From assembly GCF_009914755.1 (NCBI RefSeq), contig NC_060930.1: a DNA stretch of 64,000 nucleotides. The stretch is one strand, 5' to 3'. The position numbers and the translations under genes are program-made. Source of the stretch: the human T2T-CHM13v2.0 reference genome, Homo sapiens. Each line of letters starts with the position of its first letter. Within the stretch, counting starts at the first letter, position 1. The notes under the pieces are model-generated. The model did no database searches and was not told the DNA's origin. It saw only the letters and a program-made list of their open reading frames with translations. This document shows, piece after piece, positions 13,155 through 28,100 of this stretch.

Positions 13155-14806
13155 TAAAAGACCAAGAATAGCCAACAGAATATTGAAGAAGAAGAAAGTT
13201 GGAAGACTGACACTACCCAGCTTCAAGACTTACTATAAAGCTACAGTGAGCAAGATAATGTGATATTGGTGAAAGAATAGACAAATAAATAAAAGAAACA
13301 AAATCAAGAGCCCAGAAATAGACCCATATACATATAGTCAACTGATTTTCTAACAAAGGGAAAAAGGCAATACAATGGAGCAAAGATAGTCTTTTTAGCA
13401 AATGTCACTATAACAACTAGATACCCACATGCAAAAAAGATAAATCTAGACACATGTCTTATTCCCTTCACAAAAATTAATTTAAAATGAATCACAGATC
13501 TAAATGCAAAATGGAAAACAATAAAAATTCTAGAAGATAACAAAGGAGAAAATCTAGATAACCTTGGGTATGGCAATGGCTTTTTAGATGCAACACCAAA
13601 GGCAAGACCCATGAAAGAAAAAATTGATAAGCTGGACTTTAGTAAAATTAAAATATTCTGCTCTGCAAAATACATTGTCAAGAGAATAAAAAGACAAACC
13701 ATAAACTGTGAGAAAATACTTGCAAAAGACATGTTTGATAAGGGACTCATCCAAAATATACAAAAAAATCCTAAAACTCAACAATAAGAAAACAAATGAT
13801 TAAAAAATGAGCCAAAGACCTTAACAGACACCTCATCAAAGATGTCAAATAAGCATATGAAAAGATGGCTCTGATGTATACGTCATTAGGGAAATGCAAA
13901 TTAAAACAACAATAAGATACTACTACACACTTATTGGAACGGCCAAAATCCAGAACACTGACAACAGCAAATGCTAGCAAGAATATGAAACAACAGGGAC
14001 TTTGACTCCTTGCTGGTGGCAGTGCAAAATGGTACAGCCATTTTAGAAGACAATTTAGTGGCTTCTTACAATACTAAACATACTCTTACCATATGATCCA
14101 GCAATTGTACTCTTTAGTATTTGTTTACCCAAAGGAGTTAAAAACTGATGTTCATACAAAAGTCTGCACAGAGATGTTTATATCAGCTTTATTCATAATT
14201 GCCAAAGCTTGAAAACAACCAAGATGTCTTTCAGAAGGTAGACAGATGAATTGTGGTACATCCAAACAATGGATTATTAGCACTAAAAAGAAGTGAACTA
14301 TCAATCCATGGAAGAAAAAATGGAGGAAATTTAAATGCATCTTACTAAGTGAAAGAAGTCAATCTGAAAAGGCTACATAGTATAATGATTCCAACTGTAG
14401 ACATTCTGGAAAAAGCAAAACTACTCAGACAGGAAAAAGATCATTGGTTGCTGGGGTTTAGCAGGGGAAGAAAGGATGAACACACAAAACACAGAAGATT
14501 TTTAGGGAAGTGAAAAGACCCTATATGACACTATCATGATGGAAACATGTCATTAATATTTGTCCAAACCCATAGAATGTACAACACCAAGGGCAAACCC
14601 TTATGTATCACCCTATGAATTTGGGGTGATAATGATGTGTCAATGTAGGTTCATCAATTATAATAAATGCACAACTCTGATGGAAGATGTTGATAATAAG
14701 GGACACTATTCATGGGGGGGAATAGGAGGTATATGGAAAATATCTGTGCCTTTCACTCATTTTTACTGTAACCCTAAAACTGCTTTTAAAAATTTGTCAT
14801 TAAAAA
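13155..14806 (+). mobile_element. L1MC1-type LINE: ORF2 3' part and 3' UTR, 5'-truncated
   Basis: ORF2 remnant (ttcaagacttactataaagctacag) and diagnostic 3' UTR tttgtccaaacccatagaatgtacaacaccaag...taaaactgcttttaaaaa. Confidence 0.85.
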
Positions 14807-15572
14807 TAACATTAATCATTATATCTTTTTAAAAGATAGATGAAAAACAGCCTCAATGTGAAGCTTTTTTTCCATTGGAAACCATCCAGTGAGATAAATC
14901 AGATAACTTGAGTCAGACTTACACCAAAATCTCAAGGAGAACATAAAGATAAATTTAATGCTTCAAAGTACATTGTCATTCACTAGAGACAGAGAATATT
15001 ATTGAAAAAGAATTTTTCTTTTTATGTTATTTCATTACTAATGGGACTCCTCCTATATGATTTTTATCATCTCCAATCAAGTGTCAGCTATTATTTCTCT
15101 AGACTAGAGTCCTTTTCAGTTCCTTCAGACTTCTTGGGCAAATGCCATAGAGGTTAAAAGAATTTTCTTACATTCAGTTTGACCATTATGCACAGAACTT
15201 TCCGTATATTTATTATTATTCAATCAAATATCTTTAATCTAGTTGGCTTGAAAGACAATTTGGCATGGGAATTTCCTTACTGTCTTTCCTGCTAAGACAC
15301 CAGCCACCCTCTTTTGTCCTGTGCTCATCAAGAGATCCCATGACATATCTAACTTCCTAGGCCAGCCAAAAGAAACCCATGATTCATAGAAAGATAAGAA
15401 GGAGCCTGCTGGATTCACACCTGCCAGCAGCTCAGTGGAGTCAACCTAGGATTCATCCTCCCTAGGGGAGCAGGGAGCCACCAGGGCAGACAGAAATCTT
15501 GATTGTCCAGTTGATCCATTCCCCCTCAACCAAAGCACACCTGTTTTGCCTGAAAAGTTAAATCTAACTTAC

Positions 15573-15590
15573 CATCACAGTCAAACGTGT
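15573..15590 (-). pseudogene. Candidate first exon (3' end), terminating in ATG
   Basis: ...ACACGTTTGACTGTGATG|gtaagtt; consensus donor immediately after an ATG with a purine at -3; 5' boundary unknown. Confidence 0.3.
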
Positions 15591-15602
15591 AGTTTCACTT
15601 CC
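15591..15602 (-). promoter_or_regulatory. ETS-IRF composite element (EICE; PU.1 or SpiB with IRF4/IRF8)
   Basis: Minus-strand GGAAGTGAAACT matches the GGAAnnGAAA consensus; lies in unique sequence with a G-rich stretch and an E-box (CAGGTG) just upstream. Confidence 0.4.
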
Positions 15603-16512
15603 ACTGCCCCCCTTCCACCTGCACCCCCAAAACAACTCCATGCTGCTTATTGATACTTAAACTCCCTTTAACTGGGGCAAGAGTGAGAGAAATAATTATT
15701 CTTCCACCAGAGGTAAAAAATGACAAATTAAGCACCCAGTCAAGGTAAAATGTTTACTATCAAAGATTTTACCTTAATCTAAAAAGTGTAAGTTAACTGG
15801 GGCAATTAAAGTACATAGGTGTTGAAGTAATCATCAGAAAAGAGAAAGCACAGAAAAAGCCGAAGCCCATAAGACAAACTGCACCATTTTCCTTGAAGGA
15901 AAAACAATTGACTTGCACTTGCTTGGAGCAATAAGAGTTGCAGGCAAAAGTATTTTCGTAAGGTAGGCCTAGAGATGCAGATGGCTAAGTTTTCTTCCAA
16001 ATCTAGGTTTGAAATATCAGCCAAGTCAGTCATTTTCATAATATGAAAGAGGAGGAGGAGAAAAGGAAAAAGAGGAAGAGGAGGAAAAGAGTGACAGCAG
16101 CAGCTAGTATTGGGAATCAACTTCCACAAATTTTAAGAAGAAAGCGGATTTGGCTCATGTGGGGACATGATATGTACCTCCTATATTCCTATATTACTCA
16201 TCTTTCAGTAGTGTAAGTATTGCAACAACCCTATTTTCACCAGCTATTCATTATTTCCTGTAATGACATTCCTTGAAGCATCATGCAGGGGACACTCCCA
16301 CAGCACATATACCACTGTTTATGGAAAGCTCTGAATTTTCTTCAGTGTGGCTTGCTGGCTGTACCCAAGAAAATACTTGGGTAACAGCATTATCTAAACG
16401 GAATTTAAGAATGATGGGGATAGAAAATAAAAGTAACCAGTATCATAGATGGCATTCAATAATTTAACTAGTGGCATAGGGCTCATGGAATGTGTAAGAT
16501 TAGAAGTAAGCT

Positions 16513-16800
16513 GGCGGGGCGTGGTGACTCACGCCTGTAATCCTAGCACTTTGGGAGGCCGAGGTGGGCAGATTGCCTGAGCTCAGGAACTCGAGACCAG
16601 CCTGGGCAACAACAGTGAAACCCCATCTCTACTGAAATACAAAAAATTAGCCGGGCTTGCTGGCATGCGCCTGTAGTCCCAGGTACTCGGGAGGCTGAGG
16701 CAAGAGAATCACTTGAACCGGGGAGGCGGAGGAGATGGCGCCACTGCACTCTAGCCTGGGCAACAGAGCGAGATTCTGCCTCGAAAAAAAAAAAAGAAGA
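16513..16800 (+). mobile_element. AluS-type SINE with a ~13-nt deletion in the right arm
   Basis: Full dimer with A-tail; TSD AGAAGTAAGCT at 16502-16512 and 16801-16811; the gttgcagtgagcc segment is missing near 16731. Confidence 0.97.
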
Positions 16801-19800
16801 AGAAGTAAGCTAATCTCACCTCTAATCTTAGCTCCCTAGGTGATTCTAGCATGGGATATTTCCAACTTCATTCAGTTTCTTGGAAGTAATTATCTTAATC
16901 CCTAAAATGGAGATAAAAATGGGAAATACCGCCTCTGCAAATTCACACATCATGAACCGTTGTCTAAAAAAAATGTTTAAATGCAATTTTAAAATATAAA
17001 TTTCTAATTAATTGACAATATTAAGTGCCATTCAGTGTCCGATTTATTTTACATGATCAAAAAATAAGATAATGCTGGAAATTCTTCTGTCCATTAATTT
17101 AACAGCCTAATGACACAGATCACTTAACTAAATGTAGTCCTGTTCCTAGGCACCAAGCAGGTACCTCAGTAGCTTGAACTAGCCAGTGCATCACCTTAAA
17201 TGCAAATTCCAAACGTACAATATTTTTCACATTTGACCCACTTTTTACAAGATTCCTCATATGCAGAGGGATGGCACTCCCTTATCACTGTCATCATTAT
17301 ATAAAAGCTTTTGTTAAGCACAGGGTTGTATATGGTGCTCTCCCAGGTCCTGTACAAAGTGAGGTAATATCCAATTTCCTGACCTCTAGAGGCCTTCAGA
17401 CCAAGACCAAAAATGCTAAAGCAGGCAGATAAGATTCAGGTAGCTGAATAAGCTTTAAAGCATTGCATGAATTACGGGGATGGATAAATGCATAACGTTT
17501 TGCATAAGCAAAGGATGAGTGAATGGAAGAGAGGCCAGTAAAAGCTCCTGTCAGTGTTCTGTGCATTTTGACCAAGTGGAGATGTCAGATAAGCAGAATG
17601 AGCAAACAAATAAAAAATAACCAGATTTCACTTTTCAACACTATTGTTGGGTTCCCTGTTACATAGCACAGTAGTAATTGGCAATTGACGGGAAGATACA
17701 GAGGTATACTCCATTCTCTAGAGAGGAAATATGAAAAGATTTTTGTATTTAATGAATCAATAAATTCTTGTAAATTTACAAAATGTTGTAGAACAGTTGA
17801 TTTAAACTAACCCACAGGAAAGACCCCGTTAAAATAAGGCAGAGAAGTATGAGCTACTGAATTATACCAAGAAGCCAGCTTGAAAGGGACTTATTTAATG
17901 AAGCTTGTTTTAAATTGTCCATCTCTTGTAAGGATGTGTGCACTTCTCAGAGTCCTTCTGTGACCAGGTTTTGTTTTTGTGAACTTAGTGAATAGGATTT
18001 AAACTTCTTAGCTTTTTTTTCCTTTTCAAAAACTACAAACGCAATCAGTTTGAGTAGAATCCATTCAATTGGCCTCTGCTTTCTGAATGCAAGAAAGAAG
18101 CTACTTTTCCTCCCCTTCATTTCATTCCAGCTGAGCACAGTGCCGCAAACATCTCATGCTGAAATCAGTGCCTTTTTAAAACTTCAAGGGGCTTGAAAGC
18201 TCCGAACCTGTTCAGAGGTGAAGTGGCTCCAAGAGATCAGCTCAGACGCACCCTATTTGCACTTCCCTCTACTGTAAAGGATCTCAGTCCTTTATCCACA
18301 GGCCTCATTATGAAAGTTCTCTCACTATGAACGCCAGACCAGGGCGGGTCTCCTCTTTGGTATTGCAGCATCACTCTCCATTTCACTCACTGTAAAGAAT
18401 CCTGGCCACTGGCTGAAGTCTACAGTGAGATCAAGAGAAACCTGGTTCTCTACAGTTGAGGGAGAGAGTTAATTGCTCTCCTCTCCCAGGAGCCCCTCCC
18501 AATCCAGCATGCCTTCCTAGGAGCACCGGCTTCTTTTGCTTCTCTCCAAGGGTTATAAGGTTGCAGAGAAAGGAAGTGCTCTACCTTAATAGAACTGCCC
18601 AGCTGAGTTCAGAGAGTGTGAAAGTAAAAACCTCCCAGCTACATTTTTAAACTTTTATAAAGAAGAAATTATAGACTCCCTAATATCCTTCTGCTGGAAG
18701 CCCATCTTTAGTTTTAGCTTCGTTCCTTCTCAACAGGTAGTTAGTTTCGTAAACCAGCAGATTTTCAGAAGAGAAAAATTAAGTAAAACATTCTAAGCAT
18801 TGTGTTGAAAGGCATCTTATATTAACTGCAATACAAGTAAAGTTTAGGCTAACTAGTTAACTTTATAATGAGATGCATCTGGTGGCTCAGGACTTATTCT
18901 TCTACAAGTAAGCCCTGGTACACGATGTTTTGCTCTTTCCTCATTCAATCTCCAGGGTAGTGATGGATCATTCAAGCTCCGTGAATGAGGATGTGGTCTG
19001 AGAATTCCTAAAGAAAAGGGTCTACTTTTTAAAGGTTTACTTAGTGAAATTTCTTCTTCAGGTGCCAACATAACTACCAACTATTACCTTACCACTTAAG
19101 GAGCCATATTAATTCTTGCAGGTAATTAAAGTAATCTCTAGTACTAATGGCTGCCTAATAAAATAATTATATTTTCCCCATACTCAACTCTGACAATAGG
19201 CACTGGCCCCAAGTAAGGTTTATGTAGCAGAATCTTCCACTTGGATTTCTGGTTTGGCCAAGCATTGATGATGATACTATCTCCACAGGTCTTTGCAGGC
19301 ACATACTAGCATTGTTTTAAATCGTTTTACAAAGTTGTACTCCCAAATCCAGGTGAATTTTTAGTAATAGCTCCAGATAATATCAACTGAATCTAACTCT
19401 ACAAGAACCAAAGCTAGTTACTGAAACACTGATAGATGCATCTTAAGAAAATGTTTATGTGGTACCTCTTAAAAGCAGAAACATTTAAGGACCTATCAAA
19501 GGTTTCAAATATAAGGTTTTTCTCTAAACTCTTTGTTCAGTATAGGTATTTGCTCATCTTAAAATTAGTAATAAATGTTTTGTTTCAAATACCCAGGACA
19601 ATGATCTGACTTTGTATTTAGGGGAGAAAGGAGACATTGTGAATGTTCAAGGACTAAGCCTAAAACACTCTGAGTACGCACCAACACCACGCCTCCAGAA
19701 GAATTTGTATTTGAATGAATATTATCTCTCCACAATTAGGTAGTTTATCTCGTACTTCATCTCATCTCATATTTAATATTTCATCTATTAAACACTTTCA

Positions 19801-20639
19801 CTGAAAGTGGATTTCTACATTTAAGCATAGGTAAATGCAGTTGACATGCAAGTTGATAGTTTATGTAGTTGGGGAAAGTACTTAGGGACTCAGGTTTTTG
19901 TCACAGTGAGGTGGGTATTTCAGAGGAGCAGGAATTGTCATGTGTGATACGTCTCTCAGGCTTGTTTCTCTCTTTCTATTGAAGTTATCTGGACATAATT
20001 TACAAAACTGGATATAAGAGGAAACTTGTCTTACAGTTTTAAAGTATATATAGTATAGCAAGGAGATATTTAATATTGACAGGCCAGAGCCAAACAACAA
20101 CAATATCTCCACTCCTTTTGGTGGCTAAAGATGAACTACAAGATCTAATTCAACTTCTTACAATATCCAAATGTCTGCCAAATTGAATCGCACTCTGCAT
20201 TCTCATAACCAACATGTCTCTCAGATGACCCTCCATGACAAACAGCCTGGGGTTTAGTAAAAAATGTAAAATATGCTTTTTTTTATTACCCCTAACACTC
20301 AAACCTCTTCATCTCCAGTTAAGAAGCCTTGAGTTAGTGTAAAGAAAAATATGAAACATTTCTCTCCACCTCTCTCTGTTTTGGCATGCACCCAACCCTG
20401 ACTTGTCACCTGGTGTTACACAGGCTGGGTCCAAAGCACCCAGGAGTCAGGAGGAAAGGAAGCTGTCTCCATCCTGCACCTGGTACTTCTGCTAAAGGGC
20501 CTCCTTTCATGTGAATTAGGTAATTGGGACAAGCACTACAGATCACTTTCCAATAAACTCCTTCAACGGACTTTTCTAAAGTGTTTCTAGCAGGGAGAAA
20601 TTGGTATGCGAATAGCAGACTTCAAAAAATTCATATTTG

Positions 20640-21330
20640 TTACTCACACATTGCTTCAACTAATATTTATTGAGGCCCTATTTATTTTCAGGCACTGGAC
20701 TAGGCACCGAACAGGCAATTTTAAACAGACTGAACAAGGTTCCTGCCCTTTTATAATTTATAATCTAGTAAGGAAGACAGACATTAAACAAATAAATATA
20801 CAAAAAATATACCCTTTAATCTCAAAATATAGCCAATTCTATGAAAGAAAAGACTAAGGTGCCACAAAAGAGATTGGGGGGCAGACCTGATTTAAACTGA
20901 AAAGTTAGAGAAGGCCATGATAGAGGGAATATCTAATTGAGTTACCCACAGGATTGTTTGAGATTCTAGAATTAGTGTCTTCCCCAGTAGCCACTTTGTA
21001 ATTATGCTTCAAGACTATAGTATCTGTAGTATTTAAATAATCCAACCTTGCCTTCCTCTTCAGCTTTCTGTCCTGTTTCACTTTGCCTTCTTCTGTACCC
21101 TCTGAGACACTGAATTTCTTCTGGTTGCCCCTCATAACGCCGTGTCACACCTCTGTTCTTAAGATCTGTCATCCCCTTTGACTATGTCTTCCCCCACTTG
21201 TTCACTACAATGATTATTCCTCATCTTCCATGGCTCACCTCCGATATAACTCCCTCTGGGAAATCCGATTCTTCCTTCCTCCCCATGCAGGGACTCCATG
21301 TGGCTTAGTTCCAGGGGGCACATTCACATT
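20640..21330. mobile_element. Two L2 fragments in opposite orientations
   Basis: ttcaactaatatttattgagg (minus-strand L2 end) followed by a pyrimidine-rich plus-strand L2-like segment. Confidence 0.55.
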
Positions 21331-21850
21331 TTGTTTTTGTGTACCAAATATTGTTAAGTATCAACAACTTCATATTATTCAATCAAGAAGCTATGTGAAT
21401 GGTAACTGCATGTGCCCTCCATTCATACAGATGACAATGTGCATATAATTTCTGAAGTTATGCATTATGGTGGCTCTCCTTACGGCATGGCCTTCCTGTG
21501 TTCCCGTAGCTCACGGTACCCTCCTCAAAAATTAATCTTACCTTTTGATTTGAAATGATTCTCTTACACTTTTTCTTTCTTTCTCAAGCTTGCTCTTATA
21601 TCATTATCAATTAGCAAAGAGCCTTTTGTTATAACTCTATGGGTAACTATCACTCATTGAGCCTCTAGCTGAATGTTATGAGAGAGAAACTTACAGAAGT
21701 ATTATGACAACCATTACTAAAACAAAGTTTAGTTTTCAGCTATTAAAGATGATTCCTTCATCTCTAATCCTTATATCTACTTTGTTTCAGAACGATTAGG
21801 TTATAATAAAAATAAAAGATAAGTAACTAGTGTGACTGAGGTCTCCTTCA

Positions 21851-21880
21851 CTTCCCAGCACTTCCCAGTACTTCCCAGTA
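21851..21880 (+). repeat. 3 x 10-bp tandem repeat
   Basis: cttcccagca cttcccagta cttcccagta. Confidence 0.85.
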
Positions 21881-23494
21881 CCAAGTGAATCAATTCCTTT
21901 GGGGCTCTTAGCTATGCGGGTTGGTTTACTGCCACTTGCAACCAAAAGAGATATGACCAATTCTGAAACTAATTCCTGGAAGTTGGCCATCACAAGTGAC
22001 AGATCCTGAAGTGCAGACACGGATCAGTTGCAGAGAGAATACCCTGTCCTCCGATGGGGAGTTGGCTGACCTCCCTCTACAGTATTACAGCAGCTGGTTG
22101 AAACTGGCCTGTTGAATCCTCGGATTCAGGATGAAGCTTTAGGAGTTTTGGTGGGAAAATGTCAAGAGCATCATCATTTATGGGGATTAGAACTGGTGGA
22201 TAAGATGGAAGAAATTCTGTATAGCCCTAAAACAAAGCAAAACTGAGATGTCCTGCCTCAGAGGTGCTGATTCATCAGTTTAATTAAACTTCTACTCTTA
22301 CAGATTTTCCTAGAAAGCATAATGTGGTTTTTGGTTTATTTTTGCCTCAGTTTTTAGTCAACAGGCTGTGAACACACTTGAAATCATGAGGAATACAGAG
22401 AAATATAGGGAATATAAGGAATGTTTCCTTAGAGAATGAAAAAATAAATAAACAAACAAATAAATAAATAAAAATCTTGGAAGCAGAGAACCTGGAATCA
22501 GAAATTTCTGTCTCATCCCAGACTTCTGATAAATATTTCCGCAGACAGAGATCTCATTAGCGTACTCTAACTTTTATTATAGAAAGTTCTTATATGAAAG
22601 CAAAATATGCCTCCCATGACATCAATAAATAGGATCAATTTCTGTCATCGGAACAGTATAACCCTTGTTCCATACAACAGCTTACCTATTTATGTACTTT
22701 TTACGTTTTTTTTTTCTTTAGGACTAAGTGAAGTACCCTCTGTGTAGGTTTTTTCTGAAATGGCTAGAGCCATCAGAACTTCATTGAGGATATAGATCCT
22801 GAGGGAGGACACTAGACAAGCAGAGAGGAATGGGTCTCAAACACTGCTCCACATGGAACAAGCATTCAAATATTCATTAGTTGATATGGATGATATCCTG
22901 TGGCACAGTTAATATATAGCTCTATTCAACAATAGCAGAGTTAATGCAGTTACCTGGCAGCAGAGCATTTCCAAAAACGCCAGCCTTCCTTCTCATTGAC
23001 TATTGATGACTGCAGCCCAGGGGAAAGTAGTACATTCATAAACATCAATCAGGCAGGAAAGGTGCCTTCCAGTCTCTTTTAAAGGAGATAATGTATGTGA
23101 AAGCTCTTTGTCAACTGTAAAGCAGTATACAAATGTAAAGAATTTTTACTATTGTTTTAAAAGGGAGTTAGAATGGAATTAATGTTGTTGGTCTTAAAGT
23201 TTTCTATGTGGCCTACTCAACAGATACCTAACAAGAAAACTTTGCTTCCCTTTCCAACTTCTCTGCATAGACATTCAATGAAATTATTTTTAAATAGTGA
23301 GGCTCACATGCGTTATTTTTCTGTGTAGGTTAAACTTCTGTTTCCAACTTTTTATAAGCAATTTTCTTTAGTATTTTCTTAATACATATTTTATTTGCAA
23401 ATTATAGAGATTACAAAGACACATGCCTAGAACAATGAGATGCAATTCATCCTGAATTAACATGAACTTCTAATCTTGTTAAAGAAAAGGGCTT

Positions 23495-23690
23495 ACCATT
23501 TGTAGAGTAGCTGCTATATGCTGGAAACTGTTAGGAGCTTTATGTATGTTATCTTAGTTAATCTTCACAACCAACACCATCCTGATTTACAGACAAGGAA
23601 ACATTGAAAAACTATCTTGATATTTCAAAGCAAATAATAGGCAGAACTCAATTCAAACCCAGTTGTCTCATTCCAAATGTTTTGCTGCTT
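23495..23690 (-). mobile_element. MIR SINE
   Basis: ttaatcttcacaacc...tttacagacaaggaaac...aattcaaacccag. Confidence 0.7.
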
Positions 23691-24329
23691 TTATATCTCT
23701 AAAGACGTTATATTTGAAATGTATGAAAGAAAGCAAGACTATCACTCTCACAATGATTATTATATATTCCCACAAAATAATAAATTTTATATTTACTTTA
23801 CTTGTATCTCTTTAGTTGACAAAATGTCATATGCTTTTATCTAACATTTCACTCTAATTATACCATATTTTTACTATAGAAACTTAGAAACTTAGGAGTC
23901 TTTCTTACTATCTTGTCATTGGTAATCTTGGTGTTTTTTTTTTCTTTTTTAATTAAAATGAAAAGTTCTAAAATATGTAAAAAATTAAAGATTGTTTACT
24001 TACAAAATTGAGCAAACATTTGTAAACCTTTAAAATGTATGCATTATACATTATCTTTAAAACTGTGAAGTTGGACTACAACTCGCAGGGAGAAGAAGTG
24101 GACATACTTGATTGTCTCTGCTAAGCACAATTTAAAACTCTGGAAATTATGTATAAAAGAAGCATAAGACTGAAAAGTAGAGAGGAAAAGGCAGGCCTCC
24201 TAATGATCTCAGGACCAAGAAACAACATAGTAATAGTTTACCAGGTTTTCATTTTGCCTCATATACCCCATATTAAATGCCAGAGGAGTCACCAACCTGA
24301 AAATGCCAACAAGTGTAGACAGAAAAAGC

Positions 24330-24334
<5 letters not shown>

Positions 24335-24379
<45 letters not shown>
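24335..24379 (+). repeat. (AC)~22 microsatellite
   Basis: Perfect dinucleotide run. Confidence 0.98.
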
Positions 24380-24381
<2 letters not shown>

Positions 24382-24651
24382 TGCCTGATTTCTCTATCCA
24401 AAGGACTAGGAAAGGGCCAGTCTAGCAAGACAGAAAACTTTTGGACAATAACTGCTCTCTGCAAACACCACAGAGAAAACTGTGGTTTCACCCCTAATCT
24501 CACTAGCAAAAGCTGAGTGGGAAATCTAGACTTCCACCCTAAACAGATTGTAATGAGACTTCTCCCATGGCATTAATGAAGACCATGTGGTGAGCCTGGA
24601 AATTCCAGCCAGAAATTCTAACCAGTGTAATAAGGCAAAAAAATGAAATAA

Positions 24652-25019
<368 letters not shown>

Positions 25020-25419
25020 TCTCCCTTAGATACATTATTATATCTAAGTAGGAAATTCCAAGGAATCTACCAAAAAAACTTCTAGAATTTATAAGTTAGT
25101 TCAGCAAGGCCACAACATACAAGACAAACACACACAAATTAACTGTATTTCTATATATTATAATGTGAAGATATTACATTAAAAACACAATATTATTTTT
25201 AATCGCTCAAAAAATGGAGTATTTAGATGTAAATCTAAAACATACATAGGACGTGTGTATACTGAAAATGACAAAATACTGTTGAAAGACAGCAAAGATT
25301 TAAATAAATGGAGAAACATACCATGTTCATGGATTAGAAGCCTTAACAGAATAAAGATGTCAATACAACCTAAATTGTATACAGATCTAATGCAATTCTT
25401 ACCAAAATTCTTAGCCTCA

Positions 25420-25738
<319 letters not shown>

Positions 25739-25754
25739 TCAGGCATTTCTTTAG

Positions 25755-26090
<336 letters not shown>

Positions 26091-27474
26091 CTAGATAAAA
26101 TCATTCTAAAAAGTATCATGAAAGGGCAAAGAAACTAACTAGAATAGTCAAAATAATTTGAAAAAGAATAAAGTAGGAAGAATCAGTTTACGCAATCTCA
26201 AGACACATTACATTACTACAGTTATCAAGACTGTGTGGTATTGGCAAAGGGATACACACATAGATTAAAAGATAACCTGAAAACAGACCACTGCAAATAT
26301 GCCCAGTTGATTTTTGACAAACATTCAATCACAATTCAATGGAGGAAAGACAGACTTTTTGACAAATGGTGGTGAAAGAATTGAACATACATAAGCACAC
26401 ACATACACACAAGACAAAACCCTCAAACTAAGTCTCACATCTTTACATAAAAATCAACTCCAAAAAGATCACACACTTAAATGTCAAACACAAATCTATA
26501 AAGCTTCTATTAGAAACATAGGAGAAAAATCTTTAGGATCTAGGGCAAGGCAAAGAGTTATTAAGCTTCATACCCAAAGCACAATTTATAAAAGGAGAAA
26601 CTGATAAATCAGACTTCATCAAAATTAACAACTATTGCTCTGCCTAAGACCTGTTAAAAAGATGAAAAGACAAGCTACCGATAGTAATCCACATATCCAT
26701 AAAAGAACTAGTAGCTAGAATATATAAAGAACCCTCAAAACTCAAGAGCAATAAAACAAACGATACAATTAGAAAATGGACAAAAAACATGAAGAGACAT
26801 TTCACTGAAAAAAATGCAGAGATGGCAAATGAGCTCATGAAAAAATGTTCAATCATTAGCCATTATGGAATTACAAATTAAAACTTCAATGGGATATTTC
26901 TACACATCTATAAATATGACTAAAATTAAAAATAATGGTGATACCAATATTGACAAGAATGTAGAGAAACTGGGTCTCATAAGTTGCTGGTAGGAATGTA
27001 CGATGGTAAGCCATTCTATAAAATAATTTGGTAGGAGAAAAATGGGAGTGGCCAAGAATGCTATATGAGGGATCCTTGTGATGATAGACCTGTTCTATAT
27101 CTTAACTGTATCAATGTAAATATGCTGGTTGTGATATTACACTGTAGTTTAACAAGATGTTACCATTTGGGGAAAGTGTGTAAAGAATACATACATAGGA
27201 TTTCTTTGTATTATTTCTTACAACTTCATGTGAATCTACAATTATCTCAAAATAAAAAGTTTAATGAGAACACAGTATGAAGTCATGTCATATTTTGGAT
27301 TTTGGGTTTGTACAGTGATGGAAATATAGCTGAAGTATTTCAACTCTCAGATCCGCTTTAAATGACACATGTACTTCCTAGTCTAGGATATAATGGAGAG
27401 ATAACTATAAATCAGGAAATGAGACTTTTATCATCAGTAATAAGGATAAAATTTAGTTAAAATGTATAGTTTCC

Positions 27475-28100
27475 TTCAACCAACATTTATTGAGTAGAAT
27501 CTATGTGTTTGTGAGTGGGTAAAGTACTGTAACACAGCCCCTGGCTTCTAGGAGTTAAGCATTTGGTGGTGAACAACAGACACACCAATCTATAGAGACT
27601 GAATGCATACCACATCCTGTAGAGAGTGTATTTTCCCAACATGGCAGCCAACATTTATTGAGGCTTTGGTTTGTACCAGGTATTATGCCATGATCTTTAT
27701 ATTCATTCTCTCATTTAATCCTCAAAATAACCCTGAAAGTTAATTTTTTACCCACATTTTAGAAATGGGGAAACAGATGCCATAGAGTTTATGTGGCTTA
27801 TCCAGGAAAGGAGTGAAGCAATAATTCAAACCCAGCTCTGAATTCAGAGCAGCCTGTGCACTTAACCATGAGGTCACACTGTCTCTAACAGAAGTCTATA
27901 CCACATGCCACATATGTCATAGGAGTGCAAGTCTGCCACCATGGTGGCATGGTTTGGGTATTAAGAGGACAGAAAAGGGTCAGAGAAAGGTGTAAAGGAG
28001 AGGTGAAATTTGAGCTGTCCCCTGAAGGGTGAGTAGGAATTTTGTTGGATGAATGGGTAAGGGCCTCCAGGCCTGAAGAATCAGTGTATACTACCAATCC
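27475..28100 (-). mobile_element. L2 fragment interrupted by a MIR (about 27650-27875)
   Basis: ttcaaccaacatttattgag L2 end; MIR core tcatttaatcctcaaaataaccctg...cattttagaaatggggaaac. Confidence 0.7.
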
